From Opitutales bacterium (GTDB lineage: Bacteria > Verrucomicrobiota > Verrucomicrobiia > Opitutales > JABSRG01), in NCBI GenBank assembly GCA_049599475.1, contig JBMYOQ010000002.1:95795-159794 (forward strand): a DNA stretch of 64,000 bases, in the 5' to 3' direction. Every line of letters starts with the position of its first letter. Position 1 is the first letter of the stretch. Positions 18,501 through 28,097 of the stretch are shown one piece after another. The notes beneath the pieces were generated by a model. It saw only the letters and a list, made by a program, of their open reading frames with translations, searched no databases and was not told the origin of the DNA. The translations under genes and the position numbers were made by a program.

Positions 18501-21072
18501 AGGTGCATATTTCGGTTCAGATCGCGTTTTGGTGCATAAGGGCCGTGGTATCCCCCAGGAGTTTTATTACATTAGTAATGAGGAAATTAATACAGTTTTC
18601 CAGATGAATGCCCATAAGAAGACATTGCGTACATTGTTTGTTCCTGGAGACCCGGAGAATTATCCGACTGGCGCGGCATCCATTGCTGGCTTTATGTTGC
18701 CAAAGGATTATGAATCTATCGACCGATACGAAGATGGGGTGAATGATTGGGATTATGAGTCTTCCTACAATGTAGTCGCTATGCGCGTCGAAGATTTGGA
18801 TCATTACGTCACATATCTTGATGAACCGAACAAGCCTCAGGCCGACTTTAGTTTTGATATTCAAGGCAACCCTTTGAAGTATCGCTTAGACCATCCTGCT
18901 GCTCGCCAGAGGTTGCCGATAGATCTCGAGTATCAGCAGATGCCTGATGGAGGCAAAACGCTCTTTCTCCCAGGGAAACTCTATGAGCATAGTCCGGAGA
19001 ATCCCTTGTGGTTTCGTCAGCCATTCCCATTACACTACAAGACATTCGCAGTCTCGGCATTCTTTCGCCCGATGAAAACGGATTCGGGTGTATTGATCGA
19101 ATGGGCAGATTCTGGAGATTCCGGCTACCAAATCGCGTTAGAAGATAATGAAATTGTAGCGACGCTGCGAACTAGCGCATCTCGAGTCACAGAGGTGAGG
19201 GGTGGCGTCGAGCCGGATGAGAGTGTTGTGACGGCTAATGACGAACCTCTGGTTCCTGGAGAGTGGTATCATGTGCTTATGTCATATAATTTTGGGCATG
19301 GAATGCTCTATCTCTACGTGAACGGAAAGCTTACGGCCCTTCAAGAGGTGCCTATTTGTGAACATAGTGAAGCGGAAGGCTTCGACGTTACTCTAGGAAT
19401 GGGTGATGAAGCGTTTCCGCGCACCGATGCATATCGCGGATTTATCGATGACCTTCAGATTCTTGAACGCTCTTTTACGAATTTCGCAGCAAGAAATTTT
19501 TATGAAGAGAGACTGCTTTCCGAGGGCGGGATAGCACGCTTTATCGACGGCCCAAACTCGGATATCGATGGTGATGGGTTGATCGATTTACTGGATCCCT
19601 TCCCAGTAGACGGAGACGAGACTGTTGATGCGGATCAAGATGGATTTGGTGATAACAAAAGTGATCCGAAACCCGGAAAGTCGCATAAGCCCGATAGCGA
19701 TGGTGATGGTATTCGTGACGAGTTTGATGCTTTTGATAATAATATAGCTGAATGGAGCGATACCGATGGTGATCTCATCGGGGATAATGACGATCGCGAT
19801 ATTGACGGAGATGGCTTTGACAACGAGAAAGACCACTTGCCTTATGATCGCTGGGAATTCGCAGATACCGATGGCGACGGTGTCGGGGATCGTTCAGATG
19901 CTTTCCCCGAAAATCCGTATGAATGGTCCGATGTGGATGGTGATGGAGTCGGTGATAATGAAGATGCCCTGATGTATAGCGCCGCGGATTCCATCGATAG
20001 CGATGGAGATGGCTGGGGGGATTTAGTAGACCTTTATCCCTTGTCACCATACTTCAATGACGAAACCAATATATTAAATAATGGCGATGCCGAGGACGGC
20101 ATGAACGGATGGGAAACGCGAAATAACGGCGCTGACAATCCTATCTCCTCCATACGACCAAACTCTGGAAACGCGTCATTCTATATGGTCAATGACGAAA
20201 GTAACAGCCCTTCACTCATCGGGAGAGATTTTGACCCTCCCGAAAATCCAATCGAGGGCGGGTACTATCCGGAATCCATCAAGGTTGTGAATATCAGCGG
20301 TAAGGTGAGGGTTGAAAAGATTATTACCAACAAACTAGATAAGGTGCAAATTCTCGTTAAATATAAACAGGGAATTGAAGGAAGGACTAAGACTTTTTCA
20401 AAGACCGTACAGTATCGAGAACCGGTCTGGACCGATTTTAATTTCGATGTGACGAACCTCTCGAGCGTTCGTGGCATTGAGGAGATAAAATTCGTTAACC
20501 AGCAAAACGGGATGAATGTATTTTTGGATGACATTCAGGTGCTTGTAATCGAAAGTAGTGAAGATCTAGATGGAGATACAATACCTGACTATTTAGACCC
20601 TGATGACGATGGAGATGGGTATGCTGACGGTGAAGATGAAGACCCTCGGAATTTTCATATAAGAGGTGATCTTGACGGTGACGGTGTTGATGACAGCGTT
20701 GATGATGACGTGGACGGCGACGGTATACTAGACGCCATCGAGGTCGCCCTTGGTTTAAACCCTCGATTCCAGCCCGATGGTCTCCTGGATCATGATGGAG
20801 ACGGCCAGACCACAGCTGCTGAGATTTTGGCAGGAACCAATCCGACAAACAGAGGCGAGCGATTCGAGCTATTCCAAGACGTTATAGGGGATACGGTTAG
20901 ATTCTTTTGGAACGGTAATGAGGCTAAAGCTTATGATATCGAATATTCTGAGGATCTGATCGAGTGGTTGCCTGCCCCGAATGGCCAGGGATTGAATGTC
21001 TTGGACGGATACACAAAGCCCATGTCTTCAGAAGACGAATTATTATTTTATCGGGTGCGAATTGATGAATGA
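15589..21072 (+). CDS. Large secreted G8-domain / beta-helix protein, paralog of 864-5720, with N-terminal His/Met tract and C-terminal tag module
   Basis: Collinear with 864-5720 (KVHAINLTRNV, GRYSMHFH, FVTEAGDELG, FGGHGFW, FAHHGTG), then LamG, DxDGDG repeats, CBM-like domain; ends LFYRVRIDE. Confidence 0.85.
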   Translation: MSCPWLPLGLPSARSRTHSRLVLATSTLLFRLITLLLLPATLLKAEMGHMEHGAHMEHAAPMDQMDHSHHDTGMHDNAHASILLQVSHDKATVTSAGSGNWFEDSTWHGGVPGDGARVVIGSEHTVTLNGVSDAKLITLRVDGHLVFATDQNTQLIVDTMVVGEHGSLTVGTNANPVPANLTAKIILEAYNGLGFETEDHMSDDFDPFQVGLGLISFGRVEMHGANKLHGGTLNVEPSVDDLTIKLDEKGKGWRVGDTIAIAGTNRDGLQDEVREITAIKGRKREIHFEGELLYNHHTPTYDKARISKRELELKVHAINLTRNVSIETPEAYRSPFPDVFIKMDDRHPFKRYERRAHVMFMHTNDVDIRYVGFYGLGRTNKIVRNDGTAVNEDGTYYIGLNPIGRYSMHFHQAGWGPESVDTPPARIEGCALIDSPGWGYVNHSSHVGFYRNVAHGARAAAFVTEAGDELGEFIENISIRNDIDEEHGSGDLRFQNRKKRDEFAFGGHGFWFQGINITAIDNVASGCGREGMTLYPLPLPGKLRGAFPMARVDTENRNYAKFGDALGAGSVPVREFRGNIVYGSNIALMLGEHRPVDYSHVDKFLGWSVRMGLSSNYSAAIKYRDITLIGDVAFPEGLASFAHHGTGDVQFLNPHIEGFSLGIQIPRSGFSGANRTTDDEESEAGDGEFDSGNFATAFQYSLIENGFFNNYINLHYALARGKLPLLVDIIKPEFGDLTRDVETLPQGTEAEIEYYNTIKKAQARGLAALAEIHQENDFDIDASEKDSNGFGELMDLVRKEDTYDDPNPRPITRPYNYLFHDVSNPHARTGTKIHLRDNSLAYRFFVTEADGRRYQLFIEDVQRREHIPYKKIWKDEYKGNPEYEIDGKPDYSTYFPEEYVEKNDDKREKMISKRDREYHAKAPEGILDWTPEELFASLTPEEQATYQDDYDAEDKTPFVEKVYKNLYNLKKGAYFGSDRVLVHKGRGIPQEFYYISNEEINTVFQMNAHKKTLRTLFVPGDPENYPTGAASIAGFMLPKDYESIDRYEDGVNDWDYESSYNVVAMRVEDLDHYVTYLDEPNKPQADFSFDIQGNPLKYRLDHPAARQRLPIDLEYQQMPDGGKTLFLPGKLYEHSPENPLWFRQPFPLHYKTFAVSAFFRPMKTDSGVLIEWADSGDSGYQIALEDNEIVATLRTSASRVTEVRGGVEPDESVVTANDEPLVPGEWYHVLMSYNFGHGMLYLYVNGKLTALQEVPICEHSEAEGFDVTLGMGDEAFPRTDAYRGFIDDLQILERSFTNFAARNFYEERLLSEGGIARFIDGPNSDIDGDGLIDLLDPFPVDGDETVDADQDGFGDNKSDPKPGKSHKPDSDGDGIRDEFDAFDNNIAEWSDTDGDLIGDNDDRDIDGDGFDNEKDHLPYDRWEFADTDGDGVGDRSDAFPENPYEWSDVDGDGVGDNEDALMYSAADSIDSDGDGWGDLVDLYPLSPYFNDETNILNNGDAEDGMNGWETRNNGADNPISSIRPNSGNASFYMVNDESNSPSLIGRDFDPPENPIEGGYYPESIKVVNISGKVRVEKIITNKLDKVQILVKYKQGIEGRTKTFSKTVQYREPVWTDFNFDVTNLSSVRGIEEIKFVNQQNGMNVFLDDIQVLVIESSEDLDGDTIPDYLDPDDDGDGYADGEDEDPRNFHIRGDLDGDGVDDSVDDDVDGDGILDAIEVALGLNPRFQPDGLLDHDGDGQTTAAEILAGTNPTNRGERFELFQDVIGDTVRFFWNGNEAKAYDIEYSEDLIEWLPAPNGQGLNVLDGYTKPMSSEDELLFYRVRIDE

Positions 21073-21159
21073 CCTGAGTCCGATACCTCGTGCGGTGCTT
21101 GAGTGGCATCTCTGCGCCGACCTTAAGTAATCGAAGTTTCCCAGATATAGCTCTTACGA

Positions 21160-23205
21160 ATGATAAATATAATACGATCCAGTCTCTTGCTCGCTATGAG
21201 CCTGCGAGTCTTACATGCGAGCCCTGAAGTGTCTCTGTATGGCGGGACGAGCTCTGACGACGCGGAATTTCATGTCTATATTTCATTTTCAGAAGCCGTT
21301 TCTGGTCTGAGTGATGAAGATTTTGGGGTCACGAATGGAACCGTGTCGGGGACTCGATCTACATCTCAGGATAATCATGACACGCACCAAACTGCGCTTG
21401 AAAATCGCTATTATCGCACCACGGTTCGTGCAGAGAAACCGGGAACTGTGGAAGTCTCCCTGCCGGCGGGCGTTGTCCTCGCGAGTAATGGAGGAGCACC
21501 GAACCTCGTTTCTAATACGCTCTCTATAGAGTGTTTGGCGGATTTTGGAGCGGCATGGGTCGTCGACGATTCGGATGACTGGAGTACCTTTACGCATTCA
21601 AGTGTAAATATGGATGTGAGCGGAGGTCAGGCCTCGCCGACAGCGGACTCGTCGAGCCTAAAAAGTGAGATTTATACAGTGGATCGCTTGCGAAAGCCCA
21701 AGTAGGTTCGGTTTCACCAAAGTGCAGCGTGGACGAACTGGAGTGGGGCAGGGAATATTAGCCCGGATGGGGCTACGGATGCCCCTGTTCTCCTATCCGT
21801 AGCGGCAAATGATTATTATTTTCTTTCTCGAGGGCCTACCAAAGCCTACTACGCCTGGCACAGCACTGATATGTCGAACTGGACCGGGCCAGCCCGGATT
21901 ACTAATGATGGGAATGGTAATGGACAATACACGACAACGGCCGAGTACAAGGACGGGGATTTTTACATATTCTATGACAGCCCCAACGATGAAGATCCCG
22001 CCTTGTATATCGATGATGACTTGATGGATGGTGTTGTAGGCACGAACTACGGAATTGTATTTAGTGATCCATCACATGGCTCGGACACGAGCATTATTCG
22101 GACAGATGAGGATGGACGCTTTCATTTGATCTATGAAGAGTGGAGCCCTATCGACCCGAGCACGCATGCCTGGGATTCGCCGCTTGCGGGGCACACCAGT
22201 AGCGTGGACGGGATCAATGGTTTTACGGCTCATAAGCACCATCCCGCAGTCGATCACCGAACGAATCCTACGAATACCTTTGGCACCTATAAGCACCCGA
22301 ATGACAAAAGCATCTTGCAAGAGTATGAGATTCATGAGCCTGCACAGGATGCGTATGGGGATTGGACTACGATCAAAATCGGGTCCCGCTATTATCTGTT
22401 TGGCGATTTTGATGATCATGAGGTCGACAAGATCAAGGTGGGCATTTTTCATTCGGATTCGATATATGAAGAATTTGAGCGCGTAGGGGCTATTGGAAAT
22501 GGGCACCCAGATCCTACAGTCGCCTTTGCGGAAGGACAATTTTACCTGATCACACAGAAGAGTACCGATTATGTGAGCCCCGGACCTTGGATTAAGGGCG
22601 TCGAGGCACGCGCGGGTGTCGATATTGATGGTGATGGAGACATTGATGAGTGGACGAATTGGAAAACGGTGAAAGAGACTTATGACCACAAGCCGGGATA
22701 CGCGCGTGTGGTCGATTGTGACCCGGCTCAGCTCGATTTATCCGGACTTTCTTCCGGCTACGGTTTCCGGTTCGAGTTCCGTATCGACGATACTGTGGTG
22801 AGCGGTCATTCGCCGATTATCGATCGGGTCGAATTCGCATTTGAGCCATCGGGTTTTCAGGCGTGGTCCAATGATCAGGATATTGTTGCCGACCCCCACG
22901 GTGATCATAACCAGAACGGGCTAGAGAATTTAATAGAATTTGCGACAGGCTTAGATGCCTTGCCAGAAATTTCCTTCCCTGAGAGACGCTTGGACTTTCA
23001 ATCCAGTTCTGAAGCGCTGAGCACTGGTTACGGGCTCGAAGTGGCCTTCTCGGACGACCTCAAGCTGTGGAAGCGTGCCTCGGACGAATTGCTCGAAGGC
23101 ATTAGTTTAGATCAAAGCTTCTTTGACGGGAATGGAAATTACATCGAGAGCTTCCTGATCTCTGGAGACTCCAATAAGATCTTTTGGCGTATCGAAGTCG
23201 AGTAG
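21160..23205 (+). pseudogene. Secreted protein (Ig-like N-terminus, family C propeller-like core, C-terminal tag) interrupted by a single in-frame TAG at 21703-21705
   Basis: ORFs 21160-21705 and 21871-23205 share a frame. The intervening sequence reads KPK*VRFHQSAAWTNW..DAPVLLS..YYAWHSTDM and aligns with paralog 52028-53602. Ends KIFWRIEVE. Confidence 0.85.
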
Positions 23206-23301
23206 GGTGCCGTTTAGGCAATTTCGCTCGATTACGGGTGTGCCGAAATGGGCCTTTATTAGGTTTCTCAAAAGTAATTTTGTAAACTCGAGTTTAAAAT
23301 G

Positions 23302-23378
23302 GTTGTAGCCGCGGTACTCTGCTGCCCGCACTCGAGTCTGCTTATGTGCTGGCCCCAGCAGAGGCGGGCGGCAACAAC
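23302..23378. repeat. REPIN-like inverted pair of GTAG-type REP units
   Basis: gttgtagccgcggtactctgctgcc ... gccccagcagaggcgggcggcaacaac; near-identical arms at 35828-35910; between convergent genes. Confidence 0.7.
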
Positions 23379-23531
23379 AAGTATCAGGATGAATAGGCGA
23401 GAACACTTTTGAGAAAGGGTCTAGAGGTAGTGACATTCTAAGGATACTCGGTCAACCGTGAGCCGGTATGACTGATGAAATTGCTTGAGAAACCTCGTGC
23501 TGCGGGTCTTGCGCCCGATTCAATGGGGGTT

Positions 23532-26500
23532 TTACGGAAGAGATACTTCTACTTTGTAGAATGCTTTGTCAGAGCTTGTGTCGCTAAAGATGAGGTCTCC
23601 GGTATTGCCACGGACGGGACCTTGACCATCTACGGCTTGCCAGGGGGTGTTTGGGCCTAGTCTGTCGGCACGAAGTAAGGTGTATTTTCGTTCCAAGGAC
23701 GTGTTCGGAATCAAGATTTCGAATGCGTTCGCCTCCGATTCCATTATTGCCCCAATTTGGAGTTTGGACTGGCCGTTGGACGGGTCGGTATCTGCTAAGT
23801 ATTCTTCATAATCCGATTTACCATCTCGATCGGAGTCGCTGTTGGGGGCCATGTTCAGGGGGTGTCCCGAGTGCGTCCATTCCCAGTCGTTGGGAAGCCC
23901 ATCCGCGTCTGAGTCGATCTTATAGGCATCGTAGGGAGCCAGCAGTTTCTCAAGAAATGCGTCTCCATAACTCATGTTCTCAAATGATTCGCGGTTGCGA
24001 CCGTAGGACATGTATTCGAATCGAGTGAAATGCCCAAGGGAATCGTCCTGCTGAACACTATCTTCTGCGAAGGGTAGATATTTCGTAGACTGATCTCCAG
24101 TGTTTACTCCGGTCTTACTGAGCCAACCCGTGTGCCCCATTTCATGAATGGTAGTATTGATGACATTATTTAAGCTATAGGCAGCGCTACCTGTTGTTAG
24201 GTAATCTATGTATTCGGAGGGATCGGAAATATTAAGGAATGAAGACATGGATGGATCAAAGTGGTATGTTCGGTCATCGCATACAGGTTCAGTATCTTGT
24301 GTTTCTTCGATCTCGTGTGAAAAACAGCTACAGCTCTCTTCGGTATTGAGCGTAGTTGCAGGAGTATCGCAGTCATGATCTTCGTAGAATATAATGCTTG
24401 GATAGAGGCGAGTTACTTTTGTTCTGGACCCTAGGGCTCCCATAGCCTGACCCAAGGAGCCGGGGCCATCTATCCAATATAAAGTGTTTTCTTCCCCAGA
24501 AGACTGTGGCGGATATATTTTAAGAATATCTTCTGCGAATTCGGTTTCATTTTCGTAATAGTATAGCAATGTCGCGAGGTACAGGCCGTCTGCTGTATCT
24601 GTGTCTAAAATTTCCTTGCCGGGAGTTTTGGGGACAGAAGCATACCAAGCTTTTACCTTAGCTGTATTCACATTTTGGTTAACTAGAGAGAAGATTGCAG
24701 GAGGGGCCACATACTCTAATTGAAAATAACCTTTGGTGGCTTTTATGAACTCTTCTGATAATAGCATTTGGGCATCTTCTAGTTCCGAAATATTGGTCAA
24801 CGAAGTATCTCCAATTCTAACCACACGGACTTTGATATTATCAAAAACGTAATCGTTGCGCCAACTCTGGTTTGGGAACTCACGTGCATTGTAAGCGTTG
24901 AAAGTTTCTATTGGGGGTGCGGCTGTAGCGTCGTCCCAATTCGTTTCTAGGGCGAACTCATCAATGTCGCACGATACGCTCCCTTCGAGGGTGGCGTTTA
25001 GTCTAAAGTTAAAGGTCCCGTCTGTTTCATAGTATTTGAGGTGGTAAGGTGCACGGAACAGCGTATAAGCCATACCGTTTTGGTATTCCGATGGATCTAT
25101 GGTTGTAGCTCCGCATTGACCGTTTCTTGATAGATATACGGGGAGTCCTGGTTGTGACCACGGCTCGCTGCGAATAACTTTAATTTTCATCATCGACTCT
25201 TTGTCAGCACCTGGGTTCGTCGGATGAATGTAATCAACGTATATTGTATTTTCGAATTGCTTGTAGTCCTCGATGTTGAGGGCCGTGATGTATACTTCGC
25301 CGGGGAGCAGGGTGGTTTGCGAAATCCCCTGTCCAAAGGATGCCAGATGGCTGCCGTCTAGTGAGTAGAGTCCGCTCAGTGTGTCGCTTAATTCGATGGT
25401 CGGCGCAGGTGTGACTGTTACGGAGTCATAGACATAATCACGGTCTGGCCCCTGCGCCTTAAGCATGAAAAAATATTCGCCAGGAGGGTAATTGAGGAGA
25501 TCTACTTCGATCTCCAGTGGGGTGCCGAGTGGTAGACCCTCTTGCTCGGACACTGTCGATACAGATCCCACAAAATGTTCTTTCGACCAAATTGATGCAG
25601 CAGCGTCTGCGGGGTCCAGATCCCGATAAACCTTCATCGTCGAGAAGCGCTCGTCAGACGGAGGGTTCAGGTGAATGCTTATGATCGATCCAGATTCTAC
25701 GGTGTCTGGTGTTATCTCCAGTGATCCACTTTCTGGAGGGATATAGTAGGTCGGCGCATCGGGAGATGGGTCAGTAGCCGTAATTAATAAGCGTTTAGCG
25801 AGTGTACAATCATTGTCTGATTCCAATGCTGCATTGAGAGTAAATGAAAAGCCACGGTTGAGGCCATATAAAGAGGTGTCTGCGGGAGTCCGGAAAAATG
25901 CGTAGGCTAATTCATCTTGGTAAGCACTTGGCTCCAGAGTTCTCGCACCGCATTGTCCATTGTGAGAAAGTAGGACGAACCACGGTTGACCTTGCACGAT
26001 GCTGATAAATGAGATCTTTGATTCATTGGAGCCGGTTTCTGGGTCATAAGTATAGAAATCGATGTCATTGTTGAATTGTTTGAATTCCAGTGGATTGAGT
26101 GCCAGGATATAGATTGAGTCGGGCACCAGGATTGGCAGTGGCCCAGCTCCATCAAATTGACTTATAAAATCTCCACCGAGGCTATAGAGTCCACTCCTGG
26201 TGTCATTGAAGCTGATATTTGGACCGGTGATTTCGACGTGGGTGTAGACCTTTTCCCGGGTCGGAGCGAACGTCACGAAATAATAGATACCTGGCTCAAA
26301 ATTTAGCACACTAATGCCGACGCTATAGGGCTCGCCCAATCCGGCTTTTTCTGACTCTGTACTTACCTGTTGGTAGCGTTGGGATGGCCAATCTCCATTA
26401 GCAGCATCTACGGGATCCACATCCTTATACACCCAAATAGATGAGATGAACTCTAAGTCCGACGGGGGATATAAATTCACCGTGAGAGTGGTGTCGAAGT

Positions 26501-26636
26501 GGACTGTGTCTGGGATTATTTCGATTGCGCCATTCGGATCAGAGGCACTGGCATTTAAAGCCCAAAGACTTGACGCTAAGCTGCTTATTAAGAGACAGAA
26601 TCTTCTAAGGGAAGAACGGGGGGATAGATTCTTCAT
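23532..26636 (-). CDS. Secreted zinc-metallopeptidase-like protein with duplicated ~250-aa N-terminal module and C-terminal tag
   Basis: ATG 26636 preferred (ORF extends to 26666). 'TTIHEMGH' (HExxH) and a downstream 'YMSY' Met-turn-like motif; internal duplication; ends KAFYKVEVSLP. Confidence 0.75.
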   Translation of the reverse strand: MKNLSPRSSLRRFCLLISSLASSLWALNASASDPNGAIEIIPDTVHFDTTLTVNLYPPSDLEFISSIWVYKDVDPVDAANGDWPSQRYQQVSTESEKAGLGEPYSVGISVLNFEPGIYYFVTFAPTREKVYTHVEITGPNISFNDTRSGLYSLGGDFISQFDGAGPLPILVPDSIYILALNPLEFKQFNNDIDFYTYDPETGSNESKISFISIVQGQPWFVLLSHNGQCGARTLEPSAYQDELAYAFFRTPADTSLYGLNRGFSFTLNAALESDNDCTLAKRLLITATDPSPDAPTYYIPPESGSLEITPDTVESGSIISIHLNPPSDERFSTMKVYRDLDPADAAASIWSKEHFVGSVSTVSEQEGLPLGTPLEIEVDLLNYPPGEYFFMLKAQGPDRDYVYDSVTVTPAPTIELSDTLSGLYSLDGSHLASFGQGISQTTLLPGEVYITALNIEDYKQFENTIYVDYIHPTNPGADKESMMKIKVIRSEPWSQPGLPVYLSRNGQCGATTIDPSEYQNGMAYTLFRAPYHLKYYETDGTFNFRLNATLEGSVSCDIDEFALETNWDDATAAPPIETFNAYNAREFPNQSWRNDYVFDNIKVRVVRIGDTSLTNISELEDAQMLLSEEFIKATKGYFQLEYVAPPAIFSLVNQNVNTAKVKAWYASVPKTPGKEILDTDTADGLYLATLLYYYENETEFAEDILKIYPPQSSGEENTLYWIDGPGSLGQAMGALGSRTKVTRLYPSIIFYEDHDCDTPATTLNTEESCSCFSHEIEETQDTEPVCDDRTYHFDPSMSSFLNISDPSEYIDYLTTGSAAYSLNNVINTTIHEMGHTGWLSKTGVNTGDQSTKYLPFAEDSVQQDDSLGHFTRFEYMSYGRNRESFENMSYGDAFLEKLLAPYDAYKIDSDADGLPNDWEWTHSGHPLNMAPNSDSDRDGKSDYEEYLADTDPSNGQSKLQIGAIMESEANAFEILIPNTSLERKYTLLRADRLGPNTPWQAVDGQGPVRGNTGDLIFSDTSSDKAFYKVEVSLP

Positions 26637-27301
26637 AGGAGTGGGGGGAGGTGTTGAGTGTGGCAAATTCTGTATAGAATTACCTCATTTGAAGAGCACT
26701 TATGAGGTGATTTTGAGAATTTGAACTAGATGTATTCAGGAGAGTGCTGATACCTGATTATTATAGGGTCGGATCTGGTATCCAATGGGAGATTCCTGAA
26801 GCATCATTTGATTTGAAAAACATATAAAAAAATTGGATACTTGCAAGGTTCAAAACCAAAATGGATAGAGTTTGTGGGTATATTATAAATACAAAAAAAT
26901 GTATTTTAAGATATTGTGCGCTATGGCTAAAATTATTGAATTAAATTCACTCAAAACAACATCTCTGTTTGTCGATCGAGTGCGGCAGATAAGGATCTCA
27001 GCAGTAACATCAAGGTAAACGATTACAGGTATAATTAGACAAGGAACGGCTCCCGGGTGGCATTGATTCAGTCTTGGAGACTTCGTCTAACATTTTGATA
27101 TTTGCTCTAATACCGAATCCCGAAAATATTGATTTAATCAAGATTTTCGAGATTCGGTATTAGGTAGGCGGTTCCTTGACTGATCGAACGAAGATCTCGG
27201 TTTCTGTGCTGCTACGAAATTATTCTTCGGCCTATTCCGATCCAAATGAGCTGCGCATCGGAGTTATTTGAGAAGGGATATGGGTGCTGGTTTTGCGTTT
27301 T

Positions 27302-27350
27302 TTTAATATCAGAGATAAAAAATTCACATATTTTTAGTATAGAGAGTAAA
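27302..27350. promoter_or_regulatory. Paired 18-bp operator-like sites
   Basis: TTTAATATCAGAGATAAA (27302-27319) and TTTAGTATAGAGAGTAAA (27333-27350), 31 bp apart, ~50 nt before ATG 27401. Confidence 0.6.
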
Positions 27351-27400
27351 CGAAATGAGAGCATAGTTAGAGTCATCCTTCGGGATACCCCTTCCCCTCT

Positions 27401-28093
27401 ATGATTCAAAATTACTGTACCTCCGCGCTCGCGATAGTTTATCGTGGGGTTTGCTTGTTCGGCGCTTATTTAGGCATCGCTTCGTCACTGCATGCTCAGG
27501 CAGTGAGTGTCGATGTACTGGATTCTGAATGGAATTTCCATGGCCATGGTCTGAAAAAGGTAGAGCGCGGTATGCTCTACATGAAGGAGGAGCCCGGAAG
27601 CCAGGGAGCTATGATTGTCAGCCCGGAGGCCTATGCCTCTGAGGTGAATGTAAGATACGAGATCATGCCCATGAACGCGGCGAGCGTATGCGTGCTTATT
27701 TTGGGTGCGATCGACGCCGATAACTCGCGAACCTTAAGTATTCCAGAGGGATACGATGGTTCCATGGGGCATTGGATTCAGCAGGTAGATAATACCTTTT
27801 TTGCTTTTCACAATGCTGCGCACAATCGCACTCCATTTGCGATACGGTTTCCCGACCGCACGCCCCTGGGAACTGCGACAGACAACGTGATGCAGAGCGG
27901 TCGATTTTATACTATTGCTGCGGGACGGACAGGCAATCGGGTGTGGCTCGAAATCGATGGAACGCTTGTTTTCGAAGGGAAAGATACCGTACCGTCGACT
28001 GCGGGGCATATCGCATTCCGCATCCGGGGGCTGGCCGAGGAACCGGCCGCCTGCTTAATTCGCAACGTATCGGTCGAGTCCACCGGGAACTGA
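27401..28093 (+). CDS. Secreted DUF1961/YesU-like concanavalin-fold protein
   Basis: Signal peptide (SLHAQA); all-beta pattern ending 'LEIDG..VF...GHIAFR....IRNVSV'. Confidence 0.65.
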   Translation: MIQNYCTSALAIVYRGVCLFGAYLGIASSLHAQAVSVDVLDSEWNFHGHGLKKVERGMLYMKEEPGSQGAMIVSPEAYASEVNVRYEIMPMNAASVCVLILGAIDADNSRTLSIPEGYDGSMGHWIQQVDNTFFAFHNAAHNRTPFAIRFPDRTPLGTATDNVMQSGRFYTIAAGRTGNRVWLEIDGTLVFEGKDTVPSTAGHIAFRIRGLAEEPAACLIRNVSVESTGN

Positions 28094-28097
28094 GTTT

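Noticed and set aside
21703..21705. Pyrrolysine or genetic-code reassignment of TAG
   Set aside because: TAG terminates many ordinary genes here (e.g. 608, 11698, 23205, 34917), no pyl genes were seen, and the position is not a conserved catalytic site.
26667..27300. Long AT-rich gap as an sRNA, origin or gene remnant
   Set aside because: No convincing structure, DnaA-box cluster or ORF seen; adequately explained as a divergent promoter region.
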